Below are positions 46,736 to 55,827 of a stretch of DNA of 64,000 bases, piece after piece. This DNA is from Candidatus Levyibacteriota bacterium (GTDB lineage: Bacteria; Patescibacteriota; Microgenomatia; Levybacterales; UBA12049): positions 41,553 to 105,552 of the forward strand of contig JAUSEW010000027.1 of NCBI GenBank assembly GCA_030651475.1. Reading direction: 5' to 3'. Below the pieces are notes generated by a model that saw nothing but the letters and a program-made list of their open reading frames with translations, ran no database searches and was not told the origin of the DNA. Within the stretch, counting starts at the first letter, position 1; each line of letters begins with the position of its first letter. The position numbers and the translations under genes were made by a program.

Positions 46736-49700
46736 CAAATTTTTTGAAATATTGTTTATTTTTTTAATATCCCTTACTCCTTTTCTTTGGCTTCGAAATG
46801 GGCAAGTGATACTGGGGCATGATTCGGGTTTTCGTTTAGACTCGTTTACATATTGGCTCAATCTTCTTTACTCTTGGAACCCAATTCCCAATTTTGGTTC
46901 TGATTGGTCAATATTCAAAGGATTTCTCATCACCCAGCTTCCTGAAGCTTTATTTACGACACTAACGGGATCATTAGGTGATGGTCAACTGCTAACGTTT
47001 ATTTTCTGGTTTTTCGCTATAGGACTTTCTATGTATATTTTCGTTAACTCCTTCCATAAAGACAGTAAATTTTGGTTTTTAAGAATATTTGCAAGTACGT
47101 TTTATATGTATAATTTTTTTCTTTTGCAGGCGTGGTTTATCGCGGAGAGAGCGAAATTTTCGATTTACATAGCATTACCATTATGTGTGCTTTTATTATA
47201 TAAAACATTAACAAAGCAGATATCCTTATGGAAGGGTCTTTTCTTCTTTTCTCTACTTTTATTCTTCTTTAATGCCGGAGGCGCGCCAACATTCCTTGGC
47301 TCCTTTTTTGTTTCTTTTGCTGCAACGCTTATATATTTTGCTATAAGAAACTTTCAAAAAGGCGGTATACGTGAGCTTACATATGCTCTTAAGGTTGGTA
47401 TTTTGTTTCTTGTGGGATTCATTATAGTAAATGCCTATTGGATTCTTCCCCAAGCCTATTTGATGTTTCATAATTATAGTTCTTCGTTGGTTGCAAGCGG
47501 AGGGATAAACGGAATTATAGGATGGGAAGCAACAATAAGTAAAAACGCGAGTTTAATAAATTTGCTGCGCTTACAGGGAATACCTGATTGGTACAAAAAT
47601 CCAATCCATCCTTATTCATCATTTTATCTAGAAAATGTTTTTCTTATTGGGTTTAGTTTTTTATTCCCGATCATATTGGTAGGATCACTTATTTTGATTG
47701 CTGCTAAGGGATGGAAAAATCACAATAGGCAACTTCTACTGTTAATATTGGCTTTGTTTCTTATCGGCATTATTTTTACAGCAGGTTCGCATCCGCCAAC
47801 TGGTTTCTTATACGTATTACTCATTAAATATATACCGGTTTTTCCTATTTTCAGATCTTCATTCTACAAATTTGGTGTTACTTTTTGGTTTCCAGCTATT
47901 TTTCTTATTTCGTATGGACTTTATGCTATCCTTACGAATTACATAAAGAATAAAAAATTGTACTTTTTATGTTCAGCCTTAGCTGTTGTTGCTATTCTTG
48001 CTTTTCACTTTCCTTACTTTAGCGCCAATTTCTTTACATGGAATAAGCCATATTCTACGAGAGTAAAAATTCCAAGCTATGTAGCCACGATGTCTAATTA
48101 CATAAATACTCTTCCTTCATCCACGCGAATACTTTTGCTGCCAAGCCTTGATCCGGTTTTTCATGCAGATATAACTGATTGGAATTTCTGGAGCTTGGAT
48201 TTGCTGCCTCGTTTAACAACAAATAAATCTATAGTTGCCGATAGTGCCGGGGCTCCTCCGATTATAGGAAATATGTATAGAGCGATTGAGCTTGGAAACG
48301 AAGAACAGTTTTTACGTTTAGCATACATAAGCGGTGTTAATAAGATACTCTGGAGAGATGATGCCGTTTATAGCAACGGAACGAAAGTCAATGCGCAACT
48401 GCATTATAGAGAAAATACAATTAAAAGCTTTCATTCCCTACGACTTTTAAAGCAAGAGGGAAAGTGGAGATTATACGATATTGCGTTTGCCAAATTGCCT
48501 ATGGATTTTTTTGTTCCTGATAATATTAGCGTAAATTCAAAATACAATTCATACCAAGGACAGCTTATGGCAGAAAAATCAACAACAGGCTCTGCTTTAT
48601 TAGAAGACGCGAAATTTTCCTTGGGTAATGTTGTTAATAAGCAATATATTCAGGCGAATTGCGTATTGTGCGAAATGCACGCTTTCGAAAATATTGCAGC
48701 ACGGATTGATGTTCCTCAATTACGCCTTTTGCCGAATTCAAAACTCTATTTTTTAGTGAAGGCTAAAGAATATATAGGTCTACTAAGGACTAAGGGTTAC
48801 GAAGCTAGGGCGTTAACGGACATGATTTATTCATACAGAAGAATAGCTGAAATAAATAATTTATTAAGGAAAAACAATGATGATCATAATTTTAACCAAG
48901 AAGTTTTTTCAAACATTTCTCGTTTCAAAAAAAATATAAATAATGCTCTGGCAGAGGCGAATCTATTGTCTGTAGAGAAACGAAACGATCTTCTTATAAG
49001 AATATATGCATACCTTTACCACGAAAATAGCAGTACTAATTCATTTATCCATAATAGTCAGGCTAACGCAGCCATTGACAATCTTGAGTTATTTATTGTC
49101 CAAAAAATGAACATGTTGGAGAATACAATATGGATGACTAAAGATAAAACAGATAAGAAATATTTTGTTGATATTCCATTCGCCGGAAATTACTCTTTAG
49201 TATTTACTAACATAGGTCAAGTAACGCCAAGCGAAATATATCTTGACGGAGAGAGAATAAATGCTCAAGACGCCCGTATGGAAAAGGGGACCCATAAATT
49301 AGAAGTTATATATTCTCCGCTTGAAAATATGTTAGTTAAGCCAGCCGATGGGGAACTCTCTTTCAATATTCCCAACGGGGAGAAGGAGAGATTTACTCTT
49401 AAGCCGCTTTCCCGCGCAAATTTATACACAGTGTCATTTGATTATCGTTTTAATAGCGGTATTCCGCCAAATATAAAAATTACTCAAGATGCGATTGAAA
49501 GCGATAATAAGTACGAGCTTACACGGAAAGACGGAGAGCTATTGAGCGCAGAAGGAACATGGAATAGATATGAATATATTGTGGGTGGCGATCCTAATTC
49601 GAAAAATTTCTCCTTAGATTTCCTTATTTGCTGCAAGAACGGAAAAAATTCTAACTTTACAATTAAAAATTTAAATGTGGCTCAATTGTTCGAACCGGGA

Positions 49701-50111
49701 GTTAATTTTGTCAGTACGAATACAAATGTTCAAGATACTCGGGTTGGGAATATCTCCTATAGACAGCTTGACCCTACGAAATATATTGTTTCCGTTCATA
49801 ACGCAGCTACTCCATATGTCTTGTCGTCTAGGATCGGATACGATGCTGGTTGGAAAGCTCTTGTTCTTGATTCATCCAAATCGCAAAATAATAGCAGTTT
49901 TGCTACTGCTTTATTCCAGAATGGGCTACAACAAATTACTCCTTATAAGACAAACACTTTTGCCAACGCTTGGTATATAAATAAAAAAGGGAGTTATGAT
50001 GTGCTTATAGAATATGAGCCGCAGCGATTCTTTTACATTGGCGGGTTAATTTCTCTGATTTCTTTCCCGCTTTTGGCATCACTATTTATTTTTAAAGGAA
50101 AAAAACAATGA
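46713..50111 (+). CDS. Large (1132 aa) YfhO-like GT-C membrane protein: N-terminal multi-TM domain, ~600 aa extracytoplasmic beta-rich domain, C-terminal TM anchor
   Basis: About 13 TM helices in the first ~470 aa. The C-terminal GYDAGWKALVLDSS...KGSYDVLIEYEP...TM motif is shared with 1..933 and 50482..52401. Confidence 0.45.
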   Translation: MSKIIKNSKFFEILFIFLISLTPFLWLRNGQVILGHDSGFRLDSFTYWLNLLYSWNPIPNFGSDWSIFKGFLITQLPEALFTTLTGSLGDGQLLTFIFWFFAIGLSMYIFVNSFHKDSKFWFLRIFASTFYMYNFFLLQAWFIAERAKFSIYIALPLCVLLLYKTLTKQISLWKGLFFFSLLLFFFNAGGAPTFLGSFFVSFAATLIYFAIRNFQKGGIRELTYALKVGILFLVGFIIVNAYWILPQAYLMFHNYSSSLVASGGINGIIGWEATISKNASLINLLRLQGIPDWYKNPIHPYSSFYLENVFLIGFSFLFPIILVGSLILIAAKGWKNHNRQLLLLILALFLIGIIFTAGSHPPTGFLYVLLIKYIPVFPIFRSSFYKFGVTFWFPAIFLISYGLYAILTNYIKNKKLYFLCSALAVVAILAFHFPYFSANFFTWNKPYSTRVKIPSYVATMSNYINTLPSSTRILLLPSLDPVFHADITDWNFWSLDLLPRLTTNKSIVADSAGAPPIIGNMYRAIELGNEEQFLRLAYISGVNKILWRDDAVYSNGTKVNAQLHYRENTIKSFHSLRLLKQEGKWRLYDIAFAKLPMDFFVPDNISVNSKYNSYQGQLMAEKSTTGSALLEDAKFSLGNVVNKQYIQANCVLCEMHAFENIAARIDVPQLRLLPNSKLYFLVKAKEYIGLLRTKGYEARALTDMIYSYRRIAEINNLLRKNNDDHNFNQEVFSNISRFKKNINNALAEANLLSVEKRNDLLIRIYAYLYHENSSTNSFIHNSQANAAIDNLELFIVQKMNMLENTIWMTKDKTDKKYFVDIPFAGNYSLVFTNIGQVTPSEIYLDGERINAQDARMEKGTHKLEVIYSPLENMLVKPADGELSFNIPNGEKERFTLKPLSRANLYTVSFDYRFNSGIPPNIKITQDAIESDNKYELTRKDGELLSAEGTWNRYEYIVGGDPNSKNFSLDFLICCKNGKNSNFTIKNLNVAQLFEPGVNFVSTNTNVQDTRVGNISYRQLDPTKYIVSVHNAATPYVLSSRIGYDAGWKALVLDSSKSQNNSSFATALFQNGLQQITPYKTNTFANAWYINKKGSYDVLIEYEPQRFFYIGGLISLISFPLLASLFIFKGKKQ

Positions 50112-50485
50112 AAAGATTACTAAATTTATTTTTAAATTTGTCTAAGAAAACGGAAAAAGTTACTTCTGAATATCAGGGGAGACTTTTATTCTTGATGATT
50201 ATCCTTTTAACTCTAACTGTTTTTGCAAATTTACCTTATTTTAATATTCTACTAACAATCTCTAACATTATATGGATTATGATTTTGGTTTCTTTATTCA
50301 TTTTTCGAATACGGATGAAAAATTTATTATTGATAGCGATTATTCTTATTGGAACTGCTCTAATCAGCGTTTTAGCTGATAATCGAGAAGTGGCGGAAAT
50401 TTTAGGAAATTCGATTTACCTTATCTTAATCATAGTTTTTACTTCCAATTTCGTTGAATATTTAAAAGAAATTAAAAAATCATGA
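50108..50485 (+). CDS. Small polytopic membrane protein (3-4 TM), unknown function
   Basis: 125 aa, mostly hydrophobic. ATGA-coupled between the two YfhO-like genes. Confidence 0.35.
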   Translation: MKRLLNLFLNLSKKTEKVTSEYQGRLLFLMIILLTLTVFANLPYFNILLTISNIIWIMILVSLFIFRIRMKNLLLIAIILIGTALISVLADNREVAEILGNSIYLILIIVFTSNFVEYLKEIKKS

Positions 50486-52401
50486 TGTTTAATTTTCCTT
50501 TCCTTGATTGGTTTTCTCAGAAAATAATCGTGGGCGGAGATTGGCGGTTTTTTTGGCCGGAAAACATTGGTGACTTCGTTACCTTTCCGACCGCCTGGGA
50601 TGCAAGTCTAAATACAGGTTTAGGTTCTCCATCTTTTAGCCTCATGTGGATAAATACTTATCTCAATTTTACTGCCGTATTTAGCAAGCTTGGTCTATCA
50701 TGGAATTTAATCGGTTTGTTATTTTGGATGCTGCCTGCCATAGCTCTGTCCTTTTTTTCCGCTTTTTATTGTTTCAAATATCTTTTTCCAAAAAGAACAA
50801 AATATGGGATTCTGGCTGGGATTATTTATCTCTTTAACACGTATTTCCTGATGGTATTTACCGGAGGCCAATTGGGTATCTCTCTGGCTTATTCCATCGC
50901 TCCTTTTGTATTTTTAACTTTCACAAAAAGCATAGATAATCCGACTTTTAGAAAAAGTTTGTTTTCTTCTTTGGTACTCGGATTACAAATGCTTTTTGAT
51001 CCAAGGTTGGTATATATAACCTTCATAGCAATATTCATTTATTGGCTATTTAACATAAAAAATATGAAACAGGTAATTTTTGCTTTCGTTCTTCCTTTTC
51101 TAATAGGATTCATGCTCCATAGCTATTGGATTGTTCCTCTAATCTTGACAAGATCATCTTCCATACAGGCGGGCTTTACTAGCTTGTTGGGGTTAAGATT
51201 TTTTAGTTTTTCTGATTTCTCACACTCTTTATCTTTTCTTCATCCAAATTGGCCGGAAAATATATTCGGTAAAGTATATTTCCTGAAACCTGAATTTTTA
51301 TTACTTCCAATACTGGCTTTTTCATCATTACTTTTTATTAAGAAAGAGACTAAGGAAAAGAAAAAAAATATATTATTTTTTGCAATTTTAGGATTACTTG
51401 GAGCATTTTTGGCAAAGGGAGCAAGCGATCCATTTGGTATAACATATGAGTTTGCGTTTCGATATATTCCTGGATTTGTTGCGTTTAGGGATCCTACGAA
51501 ATTCTATTTGCTGATATCTTTGTCTTACTCAATGCTTATACCCTTTGCGATCTTGTCTTTATCTAATTGGATTTCTTTACGATTCAAAATGAAAGGTTAT
51601 ATATCAAACGTCCTGTTAGTGGTTTCCATTTCTTACGTTTTGGTTTTGGCAAGTCCTGTTCTCGTGAGGCAATTTAATCGAATAGCTACGCCCCATATGA
51701 TACCTAATGACTACGTAGAATTAAAGAATTTCTTAGGCATCCAGCCTCAATTCTTTCGCACCCTTTGGATTCCTTCCATGCAAAGATTTGGTTTTTTTTC
51801 CAATAATCATCCTGCAATTTCGGGCATTAATAATTTTAACGCAAACGCACCTAAGGATTTTGATACATTTCTTAGTGAGGCCGCGGTTCAATACGTAATA
51901 GTACCGTACGATTCGGAAAAGGAGTTATTCTTAAAAGACAGGAAATATGATGAGAAGCAGTATGATCAAACGGTAAAGTCGTTAAGAAATATAGAATGGC
52001 TAAAGAAAATAGAGGGTTTTGGGAAAATTGCGGTTTTTGAAAACTCAAATTATAAAGATCATTTTTGGAGCCGTAACTCAAACCTTAAAATTAATTATAA
52101 GTATATTAATTCCACAAAATATTATGTTGATATTGAAAATTCCAAAAAAGGAGATGTTTTGGTATTTTCGGAGGGGTTTGATAAAAATTGGCAAGCGCAA
52201 ATTGACAGTAGTTTGATAAATTCAAAGCCCTATGATAAGCTCTATAATAGCTTTGTTTTGTCAAAGGGCGGAAGCTACACGGTTGAAGTTGTTTATTCTG
52301 TCCAGAAGTGGGTAAATATGGGATTAATTGTGAGTTTTGCTACCTTAACGATTTTGATAGGCAGTTTGCTATATATACAAATTAAAAATAAATATGATTA
52401 G
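50482..52401 (+). CDS. YfhO-like GT-C membrane protein (639 aa)
   Basis: Multi-TM N-terminal domain. C-terminal FSEGFDKNWQAQIDSS...KGGSYTVEVVYS...TM motif paralogous to 46713..50111 and 1..933. Confidence 0.45.
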   Translation: MMFNFPFLDWFSQKIIVGGDWRFFWPENIGDFVTFPTAWDASLNTGLGSPSFSLMWINTYLNFTAVFSKLGLSWNLIGLLFWMLPAIALSFFSAFYCFKYLFPKRTKYGILAGIIYLFNTYFLMVFTGGQLGISLAYSIAPFVFLTFTKSIDNPTFRKSLFSSLVLGLQMLFDPRLVYITFIAIFIYWLFNIKNMKQVIFAFVLPFLIGFMLHSYWIVPLILTRSSSIQAGFTSLLGLRFFSFSDFSHSLSFLHPNWPENIFGKVYFLKPEFLLLPILAFSSLLFIKKETKEKKKNILFFAILGLLGAFLAKGASDPFGITYEFAFRYIPGFVAFRDPTKFYLLISLSYSMLIPFAILSLSNWISLRFKMKGYISNVLLVVSISYVLVLASPVLVRQFNRIATPHMIPNDYVELKNFLGIQPQFFRTLWIPSMQRFGFFSNNHPAISGINNFNANAPKDFDTFLSEAAVQYVIVPYDSEKELFLKDRKYDEKQYDQTVKSLRNIEWLKKIEGFGKIAVFENSNYKDHFWSRNSNLKINYKYINSTKYYVDIENSKKGDVLVFSEGFDKNWQAQIDSSLINSKPYDKLYNSFVLSKGGSYTVEVVYSVQKWVNMGLIVSFATLTILIGSLLYIQIKNKYD

Positions 52402-53320
52402 TTTTGTTATTCCGGTTTTTAATGAGGAGGAAAGTCTTACCCCTTTTTATGAAGATTTAAAGTCTTCCCTTAAGGACAGGAAGGAATATGAGATTGTTTT
52501 TATTGACGATGGGTCAACTGATAAATCATTGCGAATATTAAAAGATCTGCATAGCAAGAATTCGAATATAAGAATTTTTTCGTTTAGAAAAAATCAAGGT
52601 AAGTCAGAAGCTTTAACATTAGGTTTTGGTAAAGCAAAAGGAGATTGTATAGTTACACTGGATGCGGATTTGCAGGATAGGCCTTCCGAAGCCCCAAAAC
52701 TTATAGAAAAGCTTAAAGAAGAAGATTTTGATCTTGCTTGCGGATGGAGAAAGAATAGGAAAGATCCATTGCGTAAAGTTATCTCTTCCAAATTCTTTAA
52801 CTTTCTTGCTTCGTTTTTCTGGGGATTAAAACTTCATGATTACAATTGCGGACTGAAGGCATACGCAAAAGATGCTGCCAAAAGCTTAAGGCTTTATGGC
52901 GGGATGCACAGATTTATTCCTCTTCTTGTCCACGAGCAGGGATTTAAGGTTTGTGAAATGCCAGTTAACCATGACGAAAGGAAATACGGTAAGTCAAAAT
53001 ACGGTTTTTCCAAGCTTTGGAATGATTTACCGGATATATTCACTATGTTGTTTCTAACAAGATATAGTAAAAGACCCCTTCATTTTTTTGGTCCAATAGG
53101 ATTCATCTTTCTGACAATAGGAGGAGCGATTTTAGCATATCTCTTTGCGATTAAAATCATGGGTCAAGGCATCGGAGACAGACCATTATTGTTTCTCGGG
53201 ATGATTCTTGTTCTAAGCGGTTTCCAAGTTTTATTTACAGGATTTTTGGCAGATATAATAATAAATACTTCAAGTAAGGAAACTAAAGACTTTCCCATTA
53301 AGTATTCAAGCGAAAAATAG
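52394..53320 (+). CDS. GT2 polyprenyl-phosphate sugar synthase (GtrB/CsbB/ArnC-like) with C-terminal TM helices
   Basis: ISFVIPVFNEEESL...EIVFIDDGSTDKS...LDADLQDRPSE GT-A domain, with two C-terminal TM helices. Confidence 0.8.
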   Translation: MISFVIPVFNEEESLTPFYEDLKSSLKDRKEYEIVFIDDGSTDKSLRILKDLHSKNSNIRIFSFRKNQGKSEALTLGFGKAKGDCIVTLDADLQDRPSEAPKLIEKLKEEDFDLACGWRKNRKDPLRKVISSKFFNFLASFFWGLKLHDYNCGLKAYAKDAAKSLRLYGGMHRFIPLLVHEQGFKVCEMPVNHDERKYGKSKYGFSKLWNDLPDIFTMLFLTRYSKRPLHFFGPIGFIFLTIGGAILAYLFAIKIMGQGIGDRPLLFLGMILVLSGFQVLFTGFLADIIINTSSKETKDFPIKYSSEK

Positions 53321-53334
53321 AATTGGCATAGCAT

Positions 53335-53565
53335 ATGAAGCCGCAAGATATTGTTTTTTTTATAATTCTGGCAGTTTTGATTTGGAAAAAAGACCCTAGG
53401 CGGGCAGCTTTCGCAGGAATAATTTCTCTTATTGCCTCAATTCCGCTTTTTTCTTTTTGGGTATTTTTTACAGCAGAAAGACTTACTTGGTACGCAGCCG
53501 CATTTTTCCTCCTCTCAATCGTACTTATTGTTTTTAATTCTAAAAGCCTAAAGAATAAAGAATAA
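53335..53565 (+). CDS. Small membrane protein (2-3 TM), unknown function; GtrA-position accessory?
   Basis: 76 aa, hydrophobic. Sits immediately downstream of the GtrB-like gene. Confidence 0.3.
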   Translation: MKPQDIVFFIILAVLIWKKDPRRAAFAGIISLIASIPLFSFWVFFTAERLTWYAAAFFLLSIVLIVFNSKSLKNKE

Positions 53566-53566
53566 T

Positions 53567-54124
53567 ATGAAAATAGGAATTGACGTTTCACAGCTTGCTT
53601 TTGAGGATACTGGAGTAGCGAATTATCTTTCGAATTTAATTAAGCATTTATTAGCTACAGATAAGAAAAATCAGTATATACTGTTTTATTCATCATTGAG
53701 GAGAAAATTTCCCCACTTCGCCAAGGCTTCCCTCGACTACGCTCGGGACAAGTCGGCGGGCAAGCAAAATTTCAAAATAAAGAGTTTTAGATTTCCGCCT
53801 ATGCTTTTGGATTTACTTTGGAATAAACTTCATATGGTGCCGATAGAGTGGCTGATTGGGGATGTTGATATTTTTATAACTTCTGACTGGACAGAACCGC
53901 CAACTAGAAAAGCGAAGAAAGCTACGATTCTATACGACTTAATTGTCTATAAATATCCGAACGAAACTGATAATAAAATTGTTGAGACACAAAAAAGAAA
54001 GCTTAAGTGGGTTAAAAAAGAGTCTGACATGGTTTTTTGCATATCTGAATCAACTGCAAAAGACGCGGAAGAGGTTTTAGGCATTGATAAAAATAAATTA
54101 AGGATTATTTATCCGGGAATTTAA
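53567..54124 (+). CDS. GT4 N-terminal-domain-only ORF: truncated paralog of the downstream GT4 (possible pseudogene or split GT-B)
   Basis: MKIGIDVSQLAFEDTGVANYL... parallels MIIGIDGNEANVEKRVGIGEY... of the next gene. Ends ...RIIYPGI* exactly where the paralog continues ...VTYPGIKEEL... into its C-domain. Confidence 0.4.
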   Translation: MKIGIDVSQLAFEDTGVANYLSNLIKHLLATDKKNQYILFYSSLRRKFPHFAKASLDYARDKSAGKQNFKIKSFRFPPMLLDLLWNKLHMVPIEWLIGDVDIFITSDWTEPPTRKAKKATILYDLIVYKYPNETDNKIVETQKRKLKWVKKESDMVFCISESTAKDAEEVLGIDKNKLRIIYPGI

Positions 54125-54128
54125 CATT

Positions 54129-55268
54129 ATGATTATTGGAATAGATGGTAATGAGGCGAATGTTGAGAAAAGAGTGGGGATTGGGGAATATGCGTTCGAA
54201 CTGCTTGAGCAATTCGAGAAATTTAGAATTCAGAATTTAGAATTCAGAATTTATTTGAAAAATGAGTCAATAAACGATATGCCGAAAGAAAGAAAGGGAT
54301 GGCAATATCGTGTAATCGGGCCAAGAAAGCTTTGGACTCAATTTGGTTTACCTCTGGATTTATTTTTTCATAAACCAAGACCTGATGTTTTTTTTACGCC
54401 TACTCATTACGCGCCTCGTTTTTCTCCGGTACCAACCGTAATATCCATAATGGATTTGTCTTACGTTCACTTTCCAAAACTTTTTAAAAAATCAGACTTG
54501 TATCAGCTGAAAAATTGGACAGCTTATTCGGCAAAAAATGCGAAAAAAATCTTAACTATCAGTAAATTCAGCAAAGATGATATAATCAAAACATATCAAA
54601 TACCAGGAGATAGGGTTGTGGTTACGTATCCTGGAATTAAAGAAGAATTAGGAATTATGAATCAAGTTTACCCTGAGCAAAGTCGAAGGGAATCAAGCGA
54701 ACTTCAAAGCAAGTATGGAATTAAGGGGAAATATATTTTGTTTGTAGGAACGTTACAACCAAGAAAGAACATTATTCGTTTGATCGAAGCATTTAGTAAA
54801 ATTTCCTTAATCCTTAATCCTTTATCATTAATCATTATCGGTAAGAAGGGGTGGATGTATGAAGAAATTTTGGAAGCGCCAAAAAAGTTTAACATTGTAA
54901 ATAGAGTCAAATTCTTGGAATTCGTGTCCAACGAAGACCTTCCGTTTTTATACCAAAACGCAGAGTGTTTTGTCTTGCCTTCGCTTTATGAAGGATTTGG
55001 TCTGCCGGTTTTGGAAGCAATGAGATATGGGTGCCCTTGCGTTATTAGCAACATTAGCAGTTTGCCTGAAGCAGGCGGAGATGCGGCTTTTTATTTTGAT
55101 CCAAGTAACGCATCAGATATTGCTGCGAAAATAGAAATGGTTTTAAATGACGAAAAATTAAGAAAAGAAATGATAGAAAAAGGTTATAAACAGGTTAAAA
55201 AGTTTAGCTGGGAAAAAACAGCACAAGAGACGCTGAAGGTCTTGGAGGAAGTAGCAAGAAATGGATAG
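54129..55268 (+). CDS. Glycosyltransferase, GT4 family
   Basis: EGFGLPVLEAMRYGCPCVISN motif and full two-domain GT-B layout. Confidence 0.8.
   Translation: MIIGIDGNEANVEKRVGIGEYAFELLEQFEKFRIQNLEFRIYLKNESINDMPKERKGWQYRVIGPRKLWTQFGLPLDLFFHKPRPDVFFTPTHYAPRFSPVPTVISIMDLSYVHFPKLFKKSDLYQLKNWTAYSAKNAKKILTISKFSKDDIIKTYQIPGDRVVVTYPGIKEELGIMNQVYPEQSRRESSELQSKYGIKGKYILFVGTLQPRKNIIRLIEAFSKISLILNPLSLIIIGKKGWMYEEILEAPKKFNIVNRVKFLEFVSNEDLPFLYQNAECFVLPSLYEGFGLPVLEAMRYGCPCVISNISSLPEAGGDAAFYFDPSNASDIAAKIEMVLNDEKLRKEMIEKGYKQVKKFSWEKTAQETLKVLEEVARNG
54219..54254. repeat. About 2.5 copies of a 14-bp tandem repeat (AATTTAGAATTCAG-like) inside the GT4 CDS
   Basis: aaatttagaattca gaatttagaattca gaatttat read directly from the sequence. 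Encodes FRIQNLEFRIY. Confidence 0.7.
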
Positions 55269-55812
55269 AATAATCAGAAGAATAAATACGGTTTTACTGG
55301 AATTTGAAATTATGCTGCTTCATATCGTTGGGATTATTCCTTCGCATTGTATACGCAGATTTTTTTATAGGCTGGCGGGAATTAAAATAGGTCGTGGATC
55401 TACCATCCATACAGGAGCAAGATTTTATAATCCTGCCAACATTGAAATAGGGGAAGATTCGATAATTGGGGAAGGAGCGGTTTTGGATGGCCGTGATAAG
55501 CTAATTATAGGTAATCATGTTGATATAGCCTCGGAAGTTATGATTTACAATTCGGAACATGATTTGGCAAGCAATGATTTTCACGCCATAACAGGAAAAG
55601 TTGCGATAGGTGACTACGTTTTTATCGGGCCAAGAGCGATTATTCTTCCGGGGGTAACTATTGGTAAAGGAGCGGTTGTTGGCGCAGGAGCGGTTGTGAC
55701 GAAAAATGTTGACGAAGGCTCAATAGTTGGCGGAGTTCCGGCAAAGCCCATTGGCCTAAGAAATATAAAGGATTTAAATTATAAACTTGGCAGGGCTGCT
55801 TGGTTTAGATAA
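55261..55812 (+). CDS. Hexapeptide-repeat (LbH) acetyltransferase (WcaF/maltose O-acetyltransferase-like)
   Basis: IGNHVDIASEVMIYNSEHD...IGDYVFIGPRAIILPGVTIGKGAVVGAGAVVTKNV repeats. Confidence 0.75.
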   Translation: MDRIIRRINTVLLEFEIMLLHIVGIIPSHCIRRFFYRLAGIKIGRGSTIHTGARFYNPANIEIGEDSIIGEGAVLDGRDKLIIGNHVDIASEVMIYNSEHDLASNDFHAITGKVAIGDYVFIGPRAIILPGVTIGKGAVVGAGAVVTKNVDEGSIVGGVPAKPIGLRNIKDLNYKLGRAAWFR

Positions 55813-55827
55813 AAGATAACAAAGTAA

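Noticed and set aside
53567-55268. Interpreting 53567..54124 plus 54129..55268 as one frameshifted GT4 gene
   Set aside because: Both ORFs begin with homologous N-terminal GT4 acceptor-domain sequence (MKIGIDVSQ... / MIIGIDGNE...). This is a tandem duplication with one truncated copy, not a single gene split by a frameshift.
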